The notes beneath the pieces were generated by a model that made no database searches, was not told the origin of the DNA, and saw only the letters and a program-made list of their open reading frames with translations. The translations under genes were made by a program, and so were the position numbers. Of a DNA stretch of 64,000 bases, positions 57,773-64,000 are shown piece by piece. Numbering within the stretch: position 1 is the stretch's first letter; every line of letters starts with the position of its first letter. The DNA comes from an uncultured Thermoleophilia bacterium (GTDB taxonomy: Bacteria; Actinomycetota; Thermoleophilia; UBA2241): assembly GCA_963702475.1 (NCBI GenBank), contig CAVPCT010000003.1:608001-672000 (forward strand), read 5' to 3'.

Positions 57773-59245
57773 TCAGCACACCACACGCAGCGTGGCGAGG
57801 GTGCGGTCCTCGGGCCCATGCACCTTGAGCTGGGTCGCCGCACCCTCCTGCAGGTAGGCGACGATCTCTTCGGAGATCTCCTCTCCCGGGCCGAGGACGG
57901 GGATACCGGGCGGGTAGGGTGTGACCATCTCGGCGCTCACGTGACTCGCGCATTCCGCGAGCGGCAGCGGACGTGACGGGGCGAAGAACGCCTCGCGTGG
58001 CGAGATCACCTGGCGCGTGAAGGCGGGGGTGACGGGCGGCGTGCCCCGGCGCGCGCGCTCGCCGCTCGCCGCATCCCTGTACCGGCCGGCGTAGTCGGCG
58101 AGCGCCGCCACAAGGCGCTCGAGGTCGGCGCGCGAATCGCCGTAGGTGACGTTGAGGACCACGTTGAGCGGGTCGGCCGCCTCAACGGCGATGCGGTAGT
58201 CGTCGCGCAGGATGGTCTCGAGCTCGTAACCGCTGTGCCCCAGGTCCGCGGTGGAGACCGTGAGCCGGGTGGGGTCGAACGACGCGACCCGCCAGCGCTC
58301 TACGACGTCGTGCGCGAGGCAACGGACGCCGGGCAGCTCGTTGAGACGGGCGCGGGCCCACTCCGCGAGCTCCACCGCGCCCGCCCAGAGCTCTTCACCG
58401 CGCGTGGCCATCTGCTGGCGCGCCGCGTCTATGCTCGCGTACATGAGCGCCTGCGGGCTGGTGCTCTGCGTCATGTGCACCATGCCGTCCAGGCGCGCCA
58501 GGTTGATGCGCGGGGACCGGGCCAGCAGCACCGAGGTCTGCGTGAGGCCGCTGATGAGCTTGTGCGTGCTCACCACCGCCGCGTCGGCGCCGGCGCTCAT
58601 GGCGTCGATCGGCAGGCGTGAGCAGAAGCGCAGGTGCGGGCCCCAGGCCTGGTCGGTGACGAACGGGATGCCGGCGGCGTGGGCGGCGGCGGCCACGGCG
58701 GCGAGGTCGGTGCCCAGGCCGTTGTAGGTCGGCGAGGTGACGAAGACGGCGGTAGCATCGGGGTGGGCGGCGAGCCTCGCCGCGACCTGCGCCGCGTCGA
58801 CGCTCAGCGGGATGCCCCACTCCGGGTCGACGGCCGGCTCGACGTAGACGGGCTCGGCCCCGGAGAAGATGAGGCCGGCCAACATGGACTTGTGCGCGTT
58901 GCGCGGGATGATGACCGTCCGCCCGGGGCCGCACAGGGCCAGGGTGAGCGCGTGGATGCCGCTGGTGGACCCGTTCACCAGGAACCACGCGCGCTCGGAA
59001 CCCCACGCTTCCGCCGCGTAGTCCTCGGCCAGGCGGATGAGATGGGTCGACTCGCGCGTGTCTTCCACGCCGCCGGCCATGGCGGTGTCGACGCCGAGAC
59101 ACGTCTCGCCGAGGAGCTCGCGCAGTCCGGGCGGCGCACCCTTGCCGTCCTTGTGCCCCGGCGTGTGGAACGGCGTGGCGTGACGGGCGCGGTACCGCAG
59201 CACGGCGTCGAGATAGGGGGTGTCACGCTGGTCGTGGGCGGTCAT
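57773..59245 (-). CDS. Orn/Lys/Arg decarboxylase family (PLP)
   Basis: FHTPGHK.G, LVNGSTSG, RNAHKS, STHK, STSP, YPPGIP. Confidence 0.92.
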   Translation of the reverse strand: MTAHDQRDTPYLDAVLRYRARHATPFHTPGHKDGKGAPPGLRELLGETCLGVDTAMAGGVEDTRESTHLIRLAEDYAAEAWGSERAWFLVNGSTSGIHALTLALCGPGRTVIIPRNAHKSMLAGLIFSGAEPVYVEPAVDPEWGIPLSVDAAQVAARLAAHPDATAVFVTSPTYNGLGTDLAAVAAAAHAAGIPFVTDQAWGPHLRFCSRLPIDAMSAGADAAVVSTHKLISGLTQTSVLLARSPRINLARLDGMVHMTQSTSPQALMYASIDAARQQMATRGEELWAGAVELAEWARARLNELPGVRCLAHDVVERWRVASFDPTRLTVSTADLGHSGYELETILRDDYRIAVEAADPLNVVLNVTYGDSRADLERLVAALADYAGRYRDAASGERARRGTPPVTPAFTRQVISPREAFFAPSRPLPLAECASHVSAEMVTPYPPGIPVLGPGEEISEEIVAYLQEGAATQLKVHGPEDRTLATLRVVC

Positions 59246-59364
59246 CGGCCCGACTCTATCCGAGCCCCTTTGGGCGGACAAGCCTGCGGCCGTCTGGTGA
59301 TAGACTGAGGGGGATTTGCAGGGAAAAGTTCGTTCGGGGAGATGCCATAACGCTCAACCAGACA

Positions 59365-60840
59365 GTGAGGGTACGCTTCGCGCCGAGCCCTACCGGCACG
59401 CTCCACATCGGCTCGGCGCGCACCGCTCTCTTCAACTACCTGTTCGCCCGTCACTGCGGCGGCAGCTTCGTGCTGCGCATCGACGACACCGACATCGCCC
59501 GTTCGGAGGAGCGGCATGAGGAGGCCATCCTCGCCGACCTGCGCTGGCTCGGCCTGGACTGGGACGAGGGACCCGGGGCCGAAGGCGCGTACGGGCCGTA
59601 CCGCCAGAGCGAGCGCTGGGACGGGTATCACGCCGCCGCGGAGCAGCTCGTCTTCGCCGGCGCCGCGTACCCGTGCTTCTGCTCGCAGGAGCGCCTCGAG
59701 GCGCTGAAGGCCGAGCAGCTGGCGGAGGGCCGCGCGCCGCGCTACGACCGCCGTTGCCTCGGACTGGAGCTGAGCGAGGTGGCGAGGCGCCTCTCGGCCG
59801 GCGAACCCTCCACGCTGCGGTTACGCGTCCCCGACGGCGACATCACCGTCGACGACCTCCTCCGCGGGCCCATCGTCGTCAAGGAGGGCGCCGTCGGCGA
59901 CTTCATCATCATCCGCTCCGACGGCGCCGCCGGCTACAACTTCGCCACGGTGGTGGACGATCGCGACATGCGCATCACCCACGTGATCCGCGGCGACGAC
60001 CACCTCACCAACACGGCGCGCCAGCTGCTGCTGTTCCGGGCACTGGGCGCGTCGGTCCCCGTGTTCGCCCACCACTCCATGGTGCTGGGCGCCGAGGGCG
60101 GCAAGCTCAGCAAGCGGCACGGCGCCACCTCGGTCGGTGACTTCCGCGAGCTCGGCTACCTGCCGCAGGCGCTGGTGAACTACCTCGCCCTGCTCAGCTG
60201 GTCGCACGGCGAGGACGAGGTGCTCGCCATGGACCGCCTCGTGGCCGACTTCCAGCTGGAGAAGTTGTCGCCTAGCGCCGTGGTCTTCGATCAGGCCAAG
60301 CTCGACTGGCTCGACCACGAGCACGTCATGGGCCTCGCGCCGGAGGTGCACGAGGCCCTGTTCGCGGAGCGCCTGCCGGCCGGCACGCCGGTCCCGGCCG
60401 CGGCGTCGCTGGCAGCCGCCTTCCAGCCGTCGCTGGTCGCCTACGGCCAGGCGCCGGATCTGGCGGCCTCCGTGCTCGACCGTCCCGTCCTCACCCCCGA
60501 GCTGGCGGCGGCGCTGCCGCCGGCCGCCGCCCAGCTGGCCGAGGTCCGCAGCCTGCGTGCCGAGGCGGCGGAGTGGCTGCCGCCCGCCGCCGCCCGCGAG
60601 CTTCTCGGCGCCTACCGCGCCTGGGGCAAGCAGGCCGGCATCGGCGCGCGCGACCTGCTCATGCCGCTGCGCATCGCGCTCACCGGGGCCGAGCACGGGC
60701 CCGAACTGCCGTTCGTGCTCGCCGCCCTCGATCGCGCCGAGACGCTGCGGCGTCTCGACCCCCACCTTTCGGGACTGACCGGTCCCGGCGCCGGGAATCC
60801 TGCCGGCGAAGCCACGACGACCCCGGGAGACACACCGTGA
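59365..60840 (+). CDS. gltX: Glutamate--tRNA ligase
   Basis: RFAPSPTG.LHIG, LRIDDTD, ITHVIRG.DH, KLSKR. Confidence 0.95.
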   Translation: MRVRFAPSPTGTLHIGSARTALFNYLFARHCGGSFVLRIDDTDIARSEERHEEAILADLRWLGLDWDEGPGAEGAYGPYRQSERWDGYHAAAEQLVFAGAAYPCFCSQERLEALKAEQLAEGRAPRYDRRCLGLELSEVARRLSAGEPSTLRLRVPDGDITVDDLLRGPIVVKEGAVGDFIIIRSDGAAGYNFATVVDDRDMRITHVIRGDDHLTNTARQLLLFRALGASVPVFAHHSMVLGAEGGKLSKRHGATSVGDFRELGYLPQALVNYLALLSWSHGEDEVLAMDRLVADFQLEKLSPSAVVFDQAKLDWLDHEHVMGLAPEVHEALFAERLPAGTPVPAAASLAAAFQPSLVAYGQAPDLAASVLDRPVLTPELAAALPPAAAQLAEVRSLRAEAAEWLPPAAARELLGAYRAWGKQAGIGARDLLMPLRIALTGAEHGPELPFVLAALDRAETLRRLDPHLSGLTGPGAGNPAGEATTTPGDTP

Positions 60841-62387
60841 TCCGCCTCTTCAATTCACTCACCCAGCAGAAGGAGCAGTTCGAGCCCCGCGACCCCGGCA
60901 AGGCCGGCGTCTACTGCTGCGGCCCCACGGTCTACAACCTGGTGCACGTGGGCAACGCCCGCCCCTACGTGACCTTCGCCGTCCTGCGCTCCTGGCTGCG
61001 GCACCGGGGCCTTGACGTCACGCTGGTGACCAACATCACCGACGTGGACGACAAGATCATCATCAAGGCGAACGCCGAGGGACGCGACGCCGCCGCGGTA
61101 GCAGAGGAGTTCACGGCGGCGTACGTGGAGGACACCGGCCGCCTCGGCATCCCCCGGCCGGACGTCGAGCCCAAGGCCACCGAGACCATCCCCGAGATCA
61201 TCGACCTCGTCTGCCAGCTCGTCAGCGGGGGTCACGCCTACGAGGCCGACGGAAGCGTGTATTTCCGCGTGCGCGGCTTCGGCGAGTACGGCAAGCTCAG
61301 CGGCCAGCGCGTGGACGAGCTCGAGGAGGGCGTGCGCATCGACACCGAGCCTGGCAAGGAAGACCCGCTCGATTTCGCCGTGTGGAAGGCCGCCAAAGCG
61401 GGCGAACCGGCCTGGGAGAGCCCGTGGGGCATGGGCCGGCCGGGCTGGCATATCGAGTGCTCCGCCATGGGCCTGCGGTACCTGGGAGCCGGGTTCGACG
61501 TGCACGGCGGGGGGCGCGACCTCATCTTTCCGCACCACGAGAACGAGATCGCCCAGAGCGAGGCGGCGGGCCTGCCGTTCGCGCGGATCTGGATGCACAA
61601 CGGCATGATCCGCAGCGAGGGCGAGAAGATGGCCAAGAGCGTGGGCAACATCTTCCTGCTGCGCGAGGTGCTCGACCGCTACGAGCCGTCCACCGTGCTC
61701 ACGTACTTGCTCACCACGCACTACCGCAGCCCGCTCGAGTTCTCAGTCGAGAAGCTGGACGAGGCCAAGGCGGCGTACGGCCGCATCAGCGACGCGCTGG
61801 CCGACTTCGAGTTCCGCATCGAGAACGCCGCCCGCGCCACCCAGCAGGGCGAGTGGCCCGATCTCACCCTGCGCGCCGAGGCCGCGCGGCTGCGCTTCTC
61901 CGAGCACATGGACGACGACCTCAACACCGCCGGGGCCTTCGGCGAGCTGTTCGCGCTCATCGGCGAGGCGCGGCGCTATCTGGCCGCGGTGGACCGCGGC
62001 GAGGTGCCGCTGGACGCCGAGGCCCTTGTGACGGTGTGCGAGGTCGTCCGCGAGTCGCTCGGCGTGCTCCTGGTGCCGCTGCCGGCGCCTGCCGTGGCGG
62101 CGACCACGGCGGGCAACGTGTCCGGCGGCGATGCTGCGGCGTGCGCCACGGGCATGCTGGCGCTGGCACCGGCCGTGCGCCTGGCGGAGGAGGGGCGTTG
62201 GGCGGACGTCGAGCTGGTGTACGAGGACCGGCTCTCGTGCGGTGACGCCTCGTACGCCTGCGCCCTCAGGGACCACCTGCGGACTGAGAAGGACTGGGCC
62301 GGCGCCGACAGGATCCGGGACGCGCTGCAGGCCGCCGGCTTCGACGTGCGCGACACGCCGCAGGGCACCCAGGTGGTGCGCCGCTGA
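60837..62387 (+). CDS. cysS: Cysteine--tRNA ligase
   Basis: CGPTVY, HVGN, GRPGWHIECS, FPHHENE, KMAKS. Confidence 0.96.
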   Translation: MIRLFNSLTQQKEQFEPRDPGKAGVYCCGPTVYNLVHVGNARPYVTFAVLRSWLRHRGLDVTLVTNITDVDDKIIIKANAEGRDAAAVAEEFTAAYVEDTGRLGIPRPDVEPKATETIPEIIDLVCQLVSGGHAYEADGSVYFRVRGFGEYGKLSGQRVDELEEGVRIDTEPGKEDPLDFAVWKAAKAGEPAWESPWGMGRPGWHIECSAMGLRYLGAGFDVHGGGRDLIFPHHENEIAQSEAAGLPFARIWMHNGMIRSEGEKMAKSVGNIFLLREVLDRYEPSTVLTYLLTTHYRSPLEFSVEKLDEAKAAYGRISDALADFEFRIENAARATQQGEWPDLTLRAEAARLRFSEHMDDDLNTAGAFGELFALIGEARRYLAAVDRGEVPLDAEALVTVCEVVRESLGVLLVPLPAPAVAATTAGNVSGGDAAACATGMLALAPAVRLAEEGRWADVELVYEDRLSCGDASYACALRDHLRTEKDWAGADRIRDALQAAGFDVRDTPQGTQVVRR

Positions 62388-62399
62388 GCGCCGCAGCGC

Positions 62400-62840
62400 T
62401 CAGGAGAAGAGGGTGAGGAAGGCGAGCGACCCGACCATGCCTCCGGCAACTGCGCAGAACGCGGCGGCCCAGCCGAGCTTGGCGTGTCGCGCCGTCGGCA
62501 ACTCGGCGACCGCGTCTTCCCGGGCGGCTGCCGGGAGGGCGGGCCGCCGGTACGAGACCAGAGCGGCCAGCGACAGGATCACGGCGGCGATCTCGAGCGC
62601 CGCGGCGGCGCCGGCAGCGGCCGCTCCCGCGCCGCCGCGCATGACCGTCAGCGGCAGCAGCACCAGCAGGGGCGGCACGCACACGGCGAGCAGCAGCGCG
62701 TACCCTGTGCGTGGTCGCCGGGCGGTGAGCACGGCGACGCCGAGGACGGCGAGCGGCGAGGCGATGGTCCACCACACGAGCACGGTGATGCTCGTGGCCG
62801 CCAGCCAGGTGGGCCAGCCGGTTGTCTCCGCGAGCGACAT
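62400..62840 (-). CDS. Hypothetical membrane protein
   Basis: About 4 hydrophobic segments; TATGCT 6 nt before ATG. Confidence 0.55.
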   Translation of the reverse strand: MSLAETTGWPTWLAATSITVLVWWTIASPLAVLGVAVLTARRPRTGYALLLAVCVPPLLVLLPLTVMRGGAGAAAAGAAAALEIAAVILSLAALVSYRRPALPAAAREDAVAELPTARHAKLGWAAAFCAVAGGMVGSLAFLTLFS

Positions 62841-62896
62841 GCGGGGAGCATACCCGAGCGGTCTCGCCGGCACGCGCCCGGGCGGAGGCTGACCCG

Positions 62897-63640
62897 GTGG
62901 AGTGGATCTACGGACGCAATGTCGTGGAGCTTGCGCTGAGCCGCGGCGCGCGGCGTCGCGCGCACCGCGCGGCAGCCACCGCGCCGGCGCTTGCGAAGCT
63001 CCGCGGCGTGCTGCCGCACTCGCTGGCGGTCGAGACCGTCGACGGCAGGGCTCTCGAAGCGCTCACCGGCAGCAGGGAACATCAAGGCGTCGCCCTGCAG
63101 GTCGACGCGTACCCCTACGTGCCCGCGGACGACCTGTTGGGCGCCGAGGTGCTCGTCGTCCTCGACGAGGTGAGCGACCCGCGGAACCTGGGGGCCGTCG
63201 CGCGCAGCGCGCTGGCGGCAGGCGCCGGCGGTCTGGTGGCGCCGCGTCATCGCGCGGCCGCCGTCACGCCGGCCGCCGTGAAAGCCTCGGCCGGCGCCCT
63301 CGAGCACCTGCGCGTGGCGCAGGTCACCAACGTCGTCGCCTTCCTCAAGGACGCGAAGAAGGCCGGCAGCTGGATCTACGGGGCCGCCGGAGAGGCCGGC
63401 CTCTCGTATCTCGAGCTCGACCTCACCGGCCCCGTCGTCCTGGTGTTCGGCGCCGAAGGCCGCGGCCTGCGCCCGCTTGTCGCCCGCACCTGCGACCGCC
63501 TGGCCGCCATCCCTGTGGAGGCTCCCGTGGAGAGCCTCAACGTCAGCGTGGCGGCCGCCCTGTTCCTGTACGAGGCCCGCAGGCAGCGGGTGGCGGACCG
63601 GCCGCAGGGGCCCGGCGCGCCGGGGAGCCGCGGCCGATGA
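62897..63640 (+). CDS. rlmB: 23S rRNA (Gm2251) methyltransferase
   Basis: IYGRN, HQGV, DPRNLGAV.RS, GAEGRG, ESLNVSVA. Confidence 0.92.
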   Translation: MEWIYGRNVVELALSRGARRRAHRAAATAPALAKLRGVLPHSLAVETVDGRALEALTGSREHQGVALQVDAYPYVPADDLLGAEVLVVLDEVSDPRNLGAVARSALAAGAGGLVAPRHRAAAVTPAAVKASAGALEHLRVAQVTNVVAFLKDAKKAGSWIYGAAGEAGLSYLELDLTGPVVLVFGAEGRGLRPLVARTCDRLAAIPVEAPVESLNVSVAAALFLYEARRQRVADRPQGPGAPGSRGR

Positions 63641-64000
63641 CGGCGACGCTGTACATCGTCGACGGCTACAACGTGCTGCACCACATCTTCCACGGCGCGC
63701 CCAAAGAGGAGATCTTCGCGCGCCGCGACTGGCTTGCCGACAGGCTCGCGGGGTTCGCCGCCCTGCGCGGCGCGCGGGCCGTGCTGGTCTTCGACGGGCA
63801 CGGCGCCGAGAGCACCAGCAACGAGCCGTTCAGAGGCGGGCCGCTCGAGGTCGTGTTCGCCGGCGGCAGATTCACGGCCGACACGCTCATCGCCCGCCGC
63901 ATCGCAGGACGGCAGGCAGACCAGCGGGTGGTCGTGGTCTCGGCCGACCAGGAAGTGCAGCGCACGGCCGCGCGAGCCGGTGTGAGCCGCATGACTCCAC
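63637..64000 (+). CDS. NYN-domain RNase (YacP-like), 3' truncated by window
   Basis: IVDGYN, VFDG, TAD..I, VVS.D; usual position after cysS-rlmB. Confidence 0.85.
   Translation, partial: MTATLYIVDGYNVLHHIFHGAPKEEIFARRDWLADRLAGFAALRGARAVLVFDGHGAESTSNEPFRGGPLEVVFAGGRFTADTLIARRIAGRQADQRVVVVSADQEVQRTAARAGVSRMTP

Noticed and set aside
522-64000. Many long antisense or alternate-frame ORFs (e.g. 522-2657 -, 11471-13801 -, 17474-19240 -, 26191-27951 -)
   Set aside because: Shadow ORFs of real genes in high-GC DNA; Arg/Ala/Pro-rich with no motifs
1-64000. Selenocysteine (TGA) readthrough in redox genes
   Set aside because: Recognised proteins end at expected C-termini with Cys at catalytic positions; no in-frame TGA followed by continued homology was seen
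1-64000. CRISPR array or tandem repeat array
   Set aside because: No regularly spaced repeats or cas genes seen; GC-rich intergenic hairpins are not copies of each other

Overview
Very GC-rich bacterial window. An anaerobic Actinomycetota-like host is inferred from frequent leaderless TAnnnT-N6/7-start promoters, a CwlM-like amidase and a GerMN/Gmad2 lipoprotein. The main feature is a complete but dispersed pyrrolysine (Pyl) genetic-code expansion system: pylB-pylC-pylD (29870-32996), an amber-suppressor tRNA-Pyl with CUA anticodon (33046-33118), pylSn (34189-34515) and a distant, opposite-strand pylSc (49644-50501). Its client is a dimethylamine methyltransferase MtbB whose frame continues through an in-frame TAG (49009-49011), plus a methyltransferase corrinoid protein (35652-36284). 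MtbB lies in a ~13 kb accessory segment with IS remnants, a saccharopine-dehydrogenase-like enzyme, an aldehyde dehydrogenase, a Liv-type ABC transporter, EamA, TetR and an mttB remnant. That segment is bracketed by a 56-bp imperfect direct repeat of the corrinoid gene 3' end. The rest of the window holds a THF C1 cluster (fhs, fchA, folD, HydC/HydB-like pair), amine/amino-acid catabolism genes (APC permease, metallophosphoesterase, nucleotidyltransferase-like protein, acyl-CoA synthetase, putrescine aminotransferase, aldehyde:ferredoxin oxidoreductase), gatCAB, a homocitrate/Re-citrate-type operon interrupted by a cyclophilin, tldD/pmbA, pyrE and gltX-cysS-rlmB-NYN. All assignments come from motif recognition by eye; no database searches were run.
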